From an uncultured virus (IMG/VR IMGVR_UViG_2576861459_000003) (taxonomy: Duplodnaviria; Heunggongvirae; Uroviricota; Caudoviricetes): a DNA stretch of 64,000 nucleotides. The stretch is taken from IMG/VR virus record IMGVR_UViG_2576861459_000003, positions 1-64,000 of that record; one strand, written 5' to 3'. The notes under the pieces are model-generated. The model was not told the DNA's origin. It worked only from the letters and a program-made list of their open reading frames with translations, and ran no database searches. A program made the translations under genes and the position numbers. Shown piece after piece: positions 51,009-59,955 of the stretch. Each line of letters opens with the position of its first letter. The stretch's first letter is position 1.

Positions 51009-51195
51009 AAGCACCCTCCTTTGTGACCCGATTACTCCTTCTATCTGCAAACATGTTTGTTTGATATTCCTGCAACTGATTTTCAATAATTTCCACAGAA
51101 GCTAAAGGGAAAGCAGTTTTTTCCCACAATATAAAATCACACTGCTTATCATTGGCATCGGGAAAGTAATTCCTCACTAAATCTATCCACGTCAT
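50998..51195 (-). CDS. hypothetical protein
   Basis: ORF track, ATGA coupling. Confidence 0.65.
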   Translation of the reverse strand: MTWIDLVRNYFPDANDKQCDFILWEKTAFPLASVEIIENQLQEYQTNMFADRRSNRVTKEGAYEC

Positions 51196-51419
51196 TCTAA
51201 ACCCTCCTTTGCTTTCATAAGATTTTTATCACTCCATTGAAAAATTTCTTTCAACTCGTTTACAGGGTTACTGAATACCATTCGATCCCCGTTACTAAGC
51301 GTAATACGCGCTTGACCACCAGGTTGCTCTTCAATAGCTACTATATCCTCATTGGTAAACTCGAGTTCAATCCCGCCTCTAAATCCAACTTTGAATTTTT
51401 TAAATCCATTTTGCATCAT
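51192..51419 (-). CDS. hypothetical protein
   Basis: GGAGG RBS. Confidence 0.65.
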   Translation of the reverse strand: MMQNGFKKFKVGFRGGIELEFTNEDIVAIEEQPGGQARITLSNGDRMVFSNPVNELKEIFQWSDKNLMKAKEGLE

Positions 51420-51453
51420 TATTCCTCCCTCGTTTCCAACAACTCAATAAAAC

Positions 51454-51678
51454 TTACATTTTATTTTTATTCTTAAAATAACCGTGCTGATTTACAACAT
51501 CTCGAAGTATGTATTGTATTTCCTCTAAATTGTCTTTAACGAAATCTAGATCTCCAATTGCCATTCTGATTTCATTATTCTCTATGCTGCGTAAAGACCT
51601 TTCACATGATACTAAGAGCTTTGTATATTTCCTTAAAACCATAGTTCTTATTTGATCGTTAATTGGTTCATTAATCAA
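51454..51678 (-). CDS. hypothetical protein
   Basis: ORF track. Confidence 0.55.
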   Translation of the reverse strand: MINEPINDQIRTMVLRKYTKLLVSCERSLRSIENNEIRMAIGDLDFVKDNLEEIQYILRDVVNQHGYFKNKNKM

Positions 51679-51713
51679 TAATTAAAGCTATCTCCTTTCC
51701 TGATTCTAATTTG

Positions 51714-51763
51714 ATTATATAACCTCAACCATATGTTGTAAATACTTATTTTATTTTTACTCT
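51714..51763 (-). promoter_or_regulatory. sigma-A promoter with SPBRE-like element
   Basis: AGAGTAAAAATAAAA..TTTACA-17-TATAAT. Confidence 0.7.
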
Positions 51764-51786
51764 AAATAATTTTAAAAAAATCAGCT

Positions 51787-52032
51787 TTACTCATACTGTA
51801 AAGCTGCTGTCTTCATAAACGTCTTCATGCCGTCCAGTTTCCAAAGAGTTTCATTTATTTTATCTCTAAATTCTAAAACTGAAGCATGATCCATTCTAAT
51901 CCTCAAACAATCCCCATTGTTTTTAAAAATAATGTCTATGTAGTACTCTCCACTTTGGATGTTCTTAGAACCAACACTCATGGAAACTGATCTCATAATG
52001 TCTTTCAAGTCAATTTCAAGATTAAAATCCAT
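51787..52032 (-). CDS. hypothetical protein
   Basis: ORF track, GGAG RBS. Confidence 0.6.
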   Translation of the reverse strand: MDFNLEIDLKDIMRSVSMSVGSKNIQSGEYYIDIIFKNNGDCLRIRMDHASVLEFRDKINETLWKLDGMKTFMKTAALQYE

Positions 52033-52106
52033 TGTATGCTCCAGTCTGACTAAAAAGTCACCAATTTTTTATGTCTCATGATGACTGACAAGATGTGTGT
52101 GTATTT

Positions 52107-52406
52107 TTACTTCGATGATAACAATTGTGAAGATTTATAATCCTCATTTTCAAACGAATCGTCTATTTCTTCGGCATAAGAGGTTGTTAATTCAGCATCC
52201 TCTGTACACATGATATCTACATCAAATAGTGCCTCATATTTTTCATGATCTTTTTGAAGAAACCCCATTTTTCCTGTTTTATTTCTCAGTTTCTTTTTAA
52301 TTGATTGATATGCGAACAAAAGTGCTTCCTCTTCATTCTTGGCTTTTATTCTGCCGAAAAAAGGTATGCACAGCTCCCCTTGAATGAAATAATCCTTTTC
52401 TGACAT
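52107..52406 (-). CDS. hypothetical protein, probably SOS-inducible
   Basis: ORF downstream of a promoter with a LexA box. Confidence 0.65.
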   Translation of the reverse strand: MSEKDYFIQGELCIPFFGRIKAKNEEEALLFAYQSIKKKLRNKTGKMGFLQKDHEKYEALFDVDIMCTEDAELTTSYAEEIDDSFENEDYKSSQLLSSK

Positions 52407-52435
52407 ACGTTTCCCTCTCTCTGGTAGTAATTAAC

Positions 52436-52494
52436 CGAACTTACGTTCCCTTTTTTGTTGACTTAATTATAACCTTTTACCTAGTTAGTGGCAA
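52436..52494 (-). promoter_or_regulatory. sigma-A promoter with downstream LexA (Cheo) box
   Basis: TTGCCA-17-TATAAT (52494-52466); CGAAC-TTAC-GTTCC at 52436-52449. Confidence 0.75.
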
Positions 52495-52571
52495 ATCTTT
52501 TTTCTTTCATTTAAAAACTTGGAAAGAATTGATATAGTATGATAAGCAATACTATATCAGGAGGTTGTCCG

Positions 52572-52793
52572 ATGCTTGAGGTTGAAATCGGACAATGTTT
52601 GATATCCATTCTCCTTGAACGTAGAGGAATGTCCCTAGGGCAACTTTCAAACCTAACAGGCATCAGTAAGCAAAGGTTAAGTGATTACGCTAATGGCGTT
52701 AGACCTTCTATGAATATAAAAACAGCGAAAATCATTGCAATTGCCCTTAACTGTTCGATTGAAGACCTCTATGAATGGAAAATCAAACATTGA
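52572..52793 (+). CDS. yopS: XRE-family HTH regulator
   Basis: HTH TGISKQRLSDY..ALNCSIEDLYEW; convergent with yopR. Confidence 0.8.
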   Translation: MLEVEIGQCLISILLERRGMSLGQLSNLTGISKQRLSDYANGVRPSMNIKTAKIIAIALNCSIEDLYEWKIKH

Positions 52794-53013
52794 CTTAATC
52801 GCTAGGGAGTTTGACCTAGCGAACCTCCTTGTACCCTTTTTAGTGTATAGAACTATTTTACTGCATATGTACAAATTTGTCTCTGTCTAACTTTGTCGAA
52901 TTCTGAAAAATATGAACAAAATCCTGATATTTTGTAAAAAATATCACGAGTTAATTCATATTGTTTTTATTTTTACTCTAAAAGTTATGTAAAGTTAATC
53001 CCTGTAACAGGGA

Positions 53014-53997
53014 TTAAGAATTAGTCTCAATTACTTCAGACTTGATACAATATTTTTCTAAGTTCTCCATATTCACTACTTTCCTCAGTGATTGAGAATT
53101 AAACTCCGCGTCTTCATTCAGGAACCCATATTGTCGAGTTATTTTTTTATAATCAGGTACTTTTAATTCGCCCTTCTCTTTGTATATCTCATACGCCATG
53201 TTGAGCTTTCCTGAGTTGATAAGATTCTTGGGTGAAAAGAAGGGTTCTTCTAAAAATTTTTGAAACTGACTAAAAGAACGGTGAACTAAAAATTTATCAG
53301 CTTTCATACTCTGATTAGAACTCTTATATTTTAGCCTAAAAATGTTTTCGCTTTTAACTAATGTAGCAAATTTGTTTTTAAGTCCACTCTCTGGCGAACC
53401 ATTGCTAAGATGATATGTTGTTTGATCATTAGCGCGCTTAAGCAACTCATAACATTTATCGCTTACAGTAATTATTCTTACACCATGTTTATCATCTACC
53501 AGCTTTACCTTGTTATCATCAAGTAAATCGTCACCTGTTAAATTCAGTAACTCTGAATGCTGATAACCATCTATACCTTCATAAATAGCCTGTATCATCG
53601 CTTTATCCTGATCATTAACCATAAAATCAACATATTCTTCTACTTCTTTATTGGTGAATAGTGTTTTTTTGTTTTTATCTATAAACTGCTTTAAGTCACC
53701 ATCCTGTATCTGATACACTTTGTTGATGTTACTGTTTGCCAAGCCATTTTCCATTGCCCATGTTGTGTATTGTCCAATTACAGCTCTTGCTCCTCTTAGT
53801 GAATCTATAGATTTACTATCTAAATCTAAAAATAACGTACGCAGCTCTTCCAAAGAAAAATTAAATATGTCTTTTTGAAGTATTTTTTCTGTAGCTGAGA
53901 AATCCCTTAGCCTTAGCCAATAAAGGTTTCTTGTTACTTCACTTTCGTATTTCTCTAAAAACTTTTCCTTTAATTCAGCATTATACATTTCACTCAT
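53014..53997 (-). CDS. yopR: YopR/MrpR (SroF) master repressor, degenerate tyrosine-recombinase fold
   Basis: [11 protein letters not shown] start, [18 protein letters not shown]; last gene of sro operon. Confidence 0.85.
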   Translation of the reverse strand: MSEMYNAELKEKFLEKYESEVTRNLYWLRLRDFSATEKILQKDIFNFSLEELRTLFLDLDSKSIDSLRGARAVIGQYTTWAMENGLANSNINKVYQIQDGDLKQFIDKNKKTLFTNKEVEEYVDFMVNDQDKAMIQAIYEGIDGYQHSELLNLTGDDLLDDNKVKLVDDKHGVRIITVSDKCYELLKRANDQTTYHLSNGSPESGLKNKFATLVKSENIFRLKYKSSNQSMKADKFLVHRSFSQFQKFLEEPFFSPKNLINSGKLNMAYEIYKEKGELKVPDYKKITRQYGFLNEDAEFNSQSLRKVVNMENLEKYCIKSEVIETNS

Positions 53998-54017
53998 ATT
54001 AAATTCTCCTTTAAGCT

Positions 54018-55367
54018 TTAAACAACAGCAATTTCATCATAAAATATTCTCTTTAGTTTCTTCTTCATAGCAGTCTTCAGTTGATTTTCATTATTTCGTC
54101 TTCCTAATTCTTCAAACACTCTTCCGCTCTTACTAAAGTCAATTGTATTAAGGATACTTTCAAGCTTGTTTAGTTCTACATTGTTTTCCTTCATCTTCTT
54201 GGCCAAATAAACATAACCGTAAAACATTACGTTATGATTAATGTATGATTGCTTTCTAATGGACGATAAATCATCTTCAAGAAATTCATCTGGGAAGGCA
54301 TAAAAAAGGTTATCAAAAAAGTCGACCAGGTATTTCGCAATTTTCAACGCATCTTTTCGAGATTTCAACTCAAATGCATCATCTATAGCTTCGGATAAAG
54401 TATAATATGTCACAAGGAAATTGCTATCGATACCAATTTCACTTTGTGGGCTTATTTTATTTTTAAGTTCACTTTTAAATTTCAGCTGCTCGACAACTGT
54501 TGAAGAATACCGTTTTTGCCCTAATTCTTCAATTCTGGATTTTTCAACTGGGTTTATTGTGTTCATTTGAGCAAAGTGAACCTTAGCCTTTTCTTCATCG
54601 TAATTGAGCACATTTAAAATGAATGGTTGATCTAATTCAGGGACTTCAGCAATGGCCTTAACAATACCTGAAATTCGATGGTACCCATCTAGAGCATCTA
54701 ATAAGGTTCCTCGCGTTACAGTGAGGGTTTGGTCGCTTGGATCATATTCAACTTCTTCATCCCCATCTGATGTTCCAAGACGAGCGTTAAAAGTTAACAT
54801 AGATACAATTAAATCGCCTTTGATAAACAATTCTTTGATCTCATCAACTGATTTAGGGTTTGTTTTAGGTACAGGGATAAGGCTGCCCTTAATGTACTTT
54901 CCTTCACGCTGAGTGTTGTAATTGTACTGCAGAATGGAGCTATTATATAACTCACTAAGTTCTTTGGCAGTAATGGAAGTGACATAGTTATCCTCTTTAA
55001 TTTTAATCACATTTTTAAACTTGTATGGAAGCTTAACTACTTCTTCACCGGCGAATACTCTCCCACCTTCAAGCTCTTTTGCCAATCTGGTTGGAAAATA
55101 ATTTGACGGATCTAAAGCGTGCGCCCCAAGAATTGAATACATCTCTTTTGAAACAATGTAGACTTCTTTTTCGTTTAAACGCTGTACGTTGTTATCATTA
55201 TTATTTAAAATTTCTTGGATATAACCAGGGAGTGCCTTGTATTTTTCCGCCATCGTAGCTTTTAATTCCTTCACCATATTGGAATCATCTTTAATATCAA
55301 TAAGCCTTTCCTCTATTTCACTTTTTAACTTATAAAGTTTATCCGTTGTTAACAAAACATCAGACAC
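54018..55367 (-). CDS. yopQ: YopQ (SroE), DndB/DGQHR-like domain protein
   Basis: LDGYHR and FAQMN motifs; synteny. Confidence 0.82.
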   Translation of the reverse strand: MSDVLLTTDKLYKLKSEIEERLIDIKDDSNMVKELKATMAEKYKALPGYIQEILNNNDNNVQRLNEKEVYIVSKEMYSILGAHALDPSNYFPTRLAKELEGGRVFAGEEVVKLPYKFKNVIKIKEDNYVTSITAKELSELYNSSILQYNYNTQREGKYIKGSLIPVPKTNPKSVDEIKELFIKGDLIVSMLTFNARLGTSDGDEEVEYDPSDQTLTVTRGTLLDALDGYHRISGIVKAIAEVPELDQPFILNVLNYDEEKAKVHFAQMNTINPVEKSRIEELGQKRYSSTVVEQLKFKSELKNKISPQSEIGIDSNFLVTYYTLSEAIDDAFELKSRKDALKIAKYLVDFFDNLFYAFPDEFLEDDLSSIRKQSYINHNVMFYGYVYLAKKMKENNVELNKLESILNTIDFSKSGRVFEELGRRNNENQLKTAMKKKLKRIFYDEIAVV

Positions 55368-55443
55368 ATTATCACCTCACATAATCATATTAAATTTATC
55401 ATTATTTTCATAAGCAAGTAAAGCTTTTATATGATAATTTGTA

Positions 55444-56502
55444 TCACTTATTCAAAAACATTTTAAGTTTACTCTGTATATACATGTCTGATTTTAAAAA
55501 GAATTCTTTATATTGCTCTAATGTAACATCATCTAAAAAGGTCATATCTTCTTTTTGATCAACCAAAACCCCTGGATCTTGAGAATAATCCCTTTCATTG
55601 ACTAAATAATGATCATTCAAAACATTGATATTGCTGTGACCAGAGAACGCTGCCACTTTTTTAATATCACCATTAACGCTGTAAGAAAAGTTTGTTGCAG
55701 TATTGCGTAAACTATGCGGAGTTATCTTTCTTTCTTTGGGAATACCCATAACTCTACATACGCGATTCCACATATCCTGTATTGAATCAACTGTTAACTT
55801 ATGAAATAACAGTTCATGTTCCCCATACTCTTGCTTTAACAGCAACAACTCTTCATAAAAAGCTGTGGAAATTCCAACTGGCCTAGCCTTTTTTTGCTTA
55901 GTTTTTTTAAAGTTGACGAGATAACATTGATGCTTTTCTGAATAAGTAATATCATCCCACCCAACTCTAAGCACCTCTGATTTACGCCCACCAGTACGTG
56001 CACTAAACAAAATAAACATCTTTTTCATTAATCTGTTCTGACGCTCAGTAGCATAAGCTGCCTCAGCAAATTCATCAGCTTCCGATATTCCTTCAAAAGA
56101 CCCTGCTGGATTCTTTTCTGTTGGAAGAGGTCTAAAATTAAATACAGATGAATCACACTCATGTTCAGATTCAAGATACTTAATCATGCTTTTCAGTGCG
56201 GCAATCTTATTGTTAATTGTTGAATTGGAGTTACTTTTATTTTTAGCCAAATGGGTTCGATAATCATACAGGTCGCTTTTCTTGATCGCCAGGTCACTCT
56301 CAGTTAAATATTCAATATCCTTGGCAGCATAGTGGTTGAAAAACTCTCTTATATGCCTTTCATACGTGGCTCTAGTATTAGACTTTTCAATTTCTCCAGT
56401 TTCTCGATCCCTGTTTCTTAAATCTAATTCATCAAACCACCTATTTATGTTATTGTATATTGAATAATCCCTTAGTGTTGACGCTTTCTTTTGAGCTCCC
56501 AT
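55444..56502 (-). CDS. yopP: YopP (SroD) tyrosine recombinase with complete catalytic set
   Basis: TGGRKSE (R), KKTK (K), HSLR, SGH, DHY. Confidence 0.88.
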   Translation of the reverse strand: MGAQKKASTLRDYSIYNNINRWFDELDLRNRDRETGEIEKSNTRATYERHIREFFNHYAAKDIEYLTESDLAIKKSDLYDYRTHLAKNKSNSNSTINNKIAALKSMIKYLESEHECDSSVFNFRPLPTEKNPAGSFEGISEADEFAEAAYATERQNRLMKKMFILFSARTGGRKSEVLRVGWDDITYSEKHQCYLVNFKKTKQKKARPVGISTAFYEELLLLKQEYGEHELLFHKLTVDSIQDMWNRVCRVMGIPKERKITPHSLRNTATNFSYSVNGDIKKVAAFSGHSNINVLNDHYLVNERDYSQDPGVLVDQKEDMTFLDDVTLEQYKEFFLKSDMYIQSKLKMFLNK

Positions 56503-56511
56503 AATGACACC

Positions 56512-56676
56512 TCATATCATTTTTTTCATTAAGTATTGATCAAATTCTTGCCATGCAACAACCCATTCATTTTCACCTTGAATATTGCTCAGTAGCATTA
56601 TATTGGCGTTACAGATTTCCATTTGCTTTAACATGTCGTATTCTTTAAGAGCGTTAATTAAGTTGTCTGCATTCAT
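56512..56676 (-). CDS. small sro-operon protein (54 aa, MNADNLINAL...)
   Basis: Manually read ORF between SroB-like gene and yopP. Confidence 0.6.
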   Translation of the reverse strand: MNADNLINALKEYDMLKQMEICNANIMLLSNIQGENEWVVAWQEFDQYLMKKMI

Positions 56677-56714
56677 TTTATCACACCTAATTTATTTTTA
56701 TTCTATAATAAAAT

Positions 56715-56945
56715 TTAGTTTAGGACATTTACCCTTTCGTCCTTACAGACGTTTATAATTGGCATTCCCGTCAATTCCTCATAAAGCTCCTCTTCGAACC
56801 CAACCCATTCATCACTCGTTGCTTCTCTTCGTAGGAACTCATTATAAGCTACTGCTATCTCAGGCTGCTCTAAAAACTTTAAAACGATCATATGCTTTTT
56901 CCAAACTTTAGCCTTGTTTTCTTCTGTGTAATATTTATTATTCAT
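56715..56945 (-). CDS. phi3T_93 / SroB-like lysogeny factor
   Basis: MNNKYYTEENKAKVWKKHMIVLKFLEQP sequence as recalled for phi3T_93; second gene after aimX. Confidence 0.72.
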   Translation of the reverse strand: MNNKYYTEENKAKVWKKHMIVLKFLEQPEIAVAYNEFLRREATSDEWVGFEEELYEELTGMPIINVCKDERVNVLN

Positions 56946-56959
56946 TTTATTTTTACTCC

Positions 56960-57172
56960 TTAAATACATTTTATAGAATTTTTTTGTTCTTTAATGAGGT
57001 TGTATTCTTTATGGTTTTTTCTCATTGTAGTTACATTATTAGGTGTAAACACATCTGGATCCTCTAGATGGAGATTGACTCGTGTGAAGTTCTTTAGTTG
57101 TTTTATGTATTGATATTGTCTTAATGATGTAATCTTCAACTCTTCTTTTTGAGTGGCACTGGTTGTTTCCAT
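56960..57172 (-). CDS. first sro-operon gene (phi3T_92 position)
   Basis: ATG after GGGGGA, 70 aa. Confidence 0.6.
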   Translation of the reverse strand: METTSATQKEELKITSLRQYQYIKQLKNFTRVNLHLEDPDVFTPNNVTTMRKNHKEYNLIKEQKNSIKCI

Positions 57173-57208
57173 TGTTTCATCCCCCAACAACGTTCATCTT
57201 GTAACTTC

Positions 57209-57259
57209 ATTATATATGTTACCACAATAATATGCAATGATTTATTTTATTTTTATTCA
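57209..57259 (-). promoter_or_regulatory. sigma-A promoter of the sro operon with SPBRE-like element
   Basis: GAATAAAAATAAAA..TTGCAT-17-TATAAT. Confidence 0.7.
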
Positions 57260-57321
57260 CGACAAATAACACATCCCCTATGTATGTGTTAAAATGTCTG
57301 CTGATTTGTCTTTAATCCTCA

Positions 57322-57477
57322 TTAGGATACCTTTGCTTTATATTTTGATCTAATCATTTCTGCTTCATTTTCAAGATGATTATCTTCCTGGGAAATTTCT
57401 AAATTAATATCTCCCATTTCCATGTATCCCTTAGCCATTTCCTCATAAGAAAGTGCTTTTCCGAAATGCTTTTTCAT
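57322..57477 (-). CDS. aimX: AimX (51 aa), MazE-mimic lysis-promoting protein
   Basis: MKKHFGKALSYEEMAKGYMEMGDINLEISQEDNHLENEAEMIRSKYKAKVS directly downstream of aimP. Confidence 0.88.
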   Translation of the reverse strand: MKKHFGKALSYEEMAKGYMEMGDINLEISQEDNHLENEAEMIRSKYKAKVS

Positions 57478-57489
57478 TTTAATTCCCCC

Positions 57490-57526
57490 ATGGTCTTATA
57501 TTTGGTTTTATAAAATATAGGAACTT
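57490..57526 (-). promoter_or_regulatory. putative AimR operator
   Basis: AAGTTC-N25-GACCAT imperfect palindrome between aimP terminator and aimX RBS. Confidence 0.6.
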
Positions 57527-57539
57527 CCCCTTTAAATTA

Positions 57540-57572
57540 GAAAAGACGCCTGATCCTTTGGATCAAACGTCT
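57540..57572 (-). terminator. intrinsic terminator between aimP and aimX
   Basis: AGACGTTTGATCC-AAA-GGATCAGGCGTCT hairpin followed by TTTT. Confidence 0.75.
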
Positions 57573-57602
57573 AACCGTTGACTATGTAAATTCCTAGTTG
57601 TG

Positions 57603-57728
57603 TTATGCTCCTCTGCTAGCTGAAGCCACTGTGATATCTCCGTTAGCAGTTTGGACTGATTGTTGTCCACTTACAAATCCTACAGTTAAAGCTAGTAAAA
57701 TGACAATCGCGCAATTAAATTTCTTCAT
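57603..57728 (-). CDS. aimP: arbitrium peptide precursor (41 aa; predicted mature SASRGA)
   Basis: MKKFNCAIVILLALTVGFVSGQQSVQTANGDITVASASRGA; AAGGAGGTG RBS; directly after aimR. Confidence 0.93.
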   Translation of the reverse strand: MKKFNCAIVILLALTVGFVSGQQSVQTANGDITVASASRGA

Positions 57729-57756
57729 TCTTTCACCTCCTTTCAAGTGAAGAAAA

Positions 57757-58911
57757 CTATAGCGCAATTAAATTTAATATTTCATCTGAGTATCCATGCT
57801 TTTTCAATTCAATCAAAGGTAGATTTAGACAGAGCCTATCGCCTGACTTTTTGAATTTCTTTATACTCTCGTGAAAATGGGACATATCATTATACAGCAA
57901 GCCCTTAACGTGATAAAGAAACCCTAAATCATCATCCAGAACATCATGTTCTTCAATTTTTTTAATAACATCTTCTGCTTTCTTAGTTTCTTTGATATTA
58001 GTCAAATAAAAAGCAGCTTCAATCATATCCGGTATTTCTTGAGACTCGAAATCTACCCATTTGTTTTCTCTCGCCCAGACATTATCTAAAAAGCAAAGTG
58101 CGAGTCGTAATTTATAATGATGATGGCTATTGTCTTTTGCAAAGTTCAAGCCTTTTTCATAGCATAGTTTTGCTTTAGCATAATCTTCAAAAATGTATGT
58201 ATTCCCAAGTGTTAAATAACTAAATACAATCAATCTGTTATTATTGCATTCTTCAATTACAGCGCTACAATGTTTTCGGGTTTCTTCTAGTTCATAATCA
58301 TTTAAGCTTATATTGGCCTTTAACAGTTCAATTCGACCACTGTACGAATCTTTTATAAATCCATTAGACAGTTCGTCAATCTCCAGAAACTGAGCTGTAC
58401 TTTTCATTAAGCCAAATTCTCCAATTTTCAAGTATTCGTACATAATCATAATATTCGAAAATGAATACATTTCAGGAGATTTAATTCTATATTTCCCAGT
58501 TTCCCGGATCGCTTCATTTATAGAAATTTTATTATTATTCAGTTTTCTATGTAGGGAATAAACCTGTCCCCATTCACGACTTATTGAATTAGATGATTCG
58601 CAAAGATTGCTTACGATCTTATCAGTCAATGCATTCCATTGGTTTAAATCTGCATACTCGACAGACTGTCTTGCGCTTTTTTTATTGGGATCCAATGATA
58701 AGAAGTAGTCACTTAGAAGCTGCTCTTCATTATCCGGAAACAAGCTCTTAACAATATTAATTAAACCGCCTAAGTTGTCCATTTCTTTCTCTGGGGTGTT
58801 GATGAATTTGTAAAAACCATTAACCTTTTCGTACCCTGCTATTTTTGAGAGTTTCGCTGCGAGCTGGTTGTCTTTTTCACATTCATTCTTAATCATCTGC
58901 TTAAGATTCAT
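57757..58911 (-). CDS. aimR: arbitrium receptor AimR (HTH plus TPR, RRNPP family)
   Basis: 384 aa, SREW..VY, TPR-like helices, followed by aimP. Confidence 0.93.
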   Translation of the reverse strand: MNLKQMIKNECEKDNQLAAKLSKIAGYEKVNGFYKFINTPEKEMDNLGGLINIVKSLFPDNEEQLLSDYFLSLDPNKKSARQSVEYADLNQWNALTDKIVSNLCESSNSISREWGQVYSLHRKLNNNKISINEAIRETGKYRIKSPEMYSFSNIMIMYEYLKIGEFGLMKSTAQFLEIDELSNGFIKDSYSGRIELLKANISLNDYELEETRKHCSAVIEECNNNRLIVFSYLTLGNTYIFEDYAKAKLCYEKGLNFAKDNSHHHYKLRLALCFLDNVWARENKWVDFESQEIPDMIEAAFYLTNIKETKKAEDVIKKIEEHDVLDDDLGFLYHVKGLLYNDMSHFHESIKKFKKSGDRLCLNLPLIELKKHGYSDEILNLIAL

Positions 58912-58952
58912 TGGTTACTCCACCCCTTCCCAACTAATGTTCCCTTGTTTAT

Positions 58953-59003
58953 AATATACATTAGAGTTGTCAGAATTACAAGTATTTATTTTATTTTTAT
59001 TCT
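58953..59003 (-). promoter_or_regulatory. sigma-A promoter of aimR with SPBRE-like element
   Basis: AGAATAAAAATAAAA..TTGTAA-17-TATATT. Confidence 0.7.
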
Positions 59004-59055
59004 AATTATTTTTTAAGGATTAATTATCTGTTTAAAATTCGTATTTTATGAAGAC

Positions 59056-59081
59056 ACAATGAGGATTAACCCTCATTGTGC
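59056..59081. terminator. stem-loop upstream of the aimR promoter
   Basis: cacaatgagg-attaac-cctcattgtg inverted repeat. Confidence 0.55.
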
Positions 59082-59359
59082 ATATTTGGCCAAATACAAC
59101 TTACCACCTTTATCTTAGTTCCTCTTGTGCTTTATCATCTAGCTTGTTAAAAGCTCTCTCATAGGCTTTCTTTGGTGTTGAATATGTTCAATTAAATAGT
59201 CTTTTTTGTAATTCTTTTTTTAGCTCTGGTTTAGTCAGTAGCCATTCGTCTTCATACCCAAAGTCTATATTGCAGCTAAACTAATAATTTTACAGGATGC
59301 AATCTATTGGTGGAGCAATTGTTTATTTTCAAAAAATGCTCTCTACATTTGTACAGTTA

Positions 59360-59905
59360 TTACATCCACAACTTCCAACCACGATAGTGTTTTTGATAAT
59401 AAAAATCCTTTTTTTCTGACATCAGAGAATTCAGCTTGTCTCCTTTATCACTTATAATGTCCAATCCTAATAATTGTCCATCAACGAATGCTTTAATTCT
59501 TTCAACTGGTTCATCAGATTCAACTTTAAATACATTAAATTCTTTCTGGATTTTTTGTAATTCTTCAAAACTTTCAGTTAAGAAATCCATTGTTTGATTA
59601 TATGTTTCTGAATCTATAAAAAGAGCATAGTAAGGCAAGTCTCTCCCTTTTTTAAATATTCCTTTTGAAACTAAATTAGCAACTTCTCTTAAAACACTTA
59701 GTAGTTCTTCTCTTTGTGCATTTTTCAATTTAAATCTTAAATCTGTTGTTTCAGATAAGAATATCTCTAAATCTGTCATAAGGTTATAGATACAATCTAG
59801 TCTCTTTTCCTTCTTTTTCTTATGCTCAGATAGCAAATAGATAATAAATGGAACAATGCCACCTATGATTGCTCCAATTATACCTGCAAGTATTGTGTCA
59901 GTCAT
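59360..59905 (-). CDS. membrane-anchored accessory protein
   Basis: N-terminal TM followed by helical domain; GGAG RBS. Confidence 0.7.
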   Translation of the reverse strand: MTDTILAGIIGAIIGGIVPFIIYLLSEHKKKKEKRLDCIYNLMTDLEIFLSETTDLRFKLKNAQREELLSVLREVANLVSKGIFKKGRDLPYYALFIDSETYNQTMDFLTESFEELQKIQKEFNVFKVESDEPVERIKAFVDGQLLGLDIISDKGDKLNSLMSEKKDFYYQKHYRGWKLWM

Positions 59906-59955
59906 ATATCTCCACCCACTTATTTTAATAAAAGGATTCTTTTATCTAAATTCAT

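Larger units (their letters stand above)
1268..59003 (-). repeat. dispersed oriented 15-mer AGARTAAAAATAAAA (SPBRE-like)
   Basis: Exact plus-strand TTTTATTTTTAYTCT at 6860, 6950, 9420, 22470, 22731, 23445, 36979, 37417, 51459, 51749, 52965, 58989; variants at 1268, 23946, 56690, 56945, 57245. Confidence 0.85.

Noticed and set aside
52385..52400. N6-like site tgaaa-taatcc-ttttc inside a CDS, nearly identical to the 47894 site
   Set aside because: Two mismatches to the consensus and located in coding sequence; not counted as a boundary site
53014..53997. YopR as the phage integrase
   Set aside because: Catalytic R, HxxR and Y motifs are not recognisable; the family is known as the repressor
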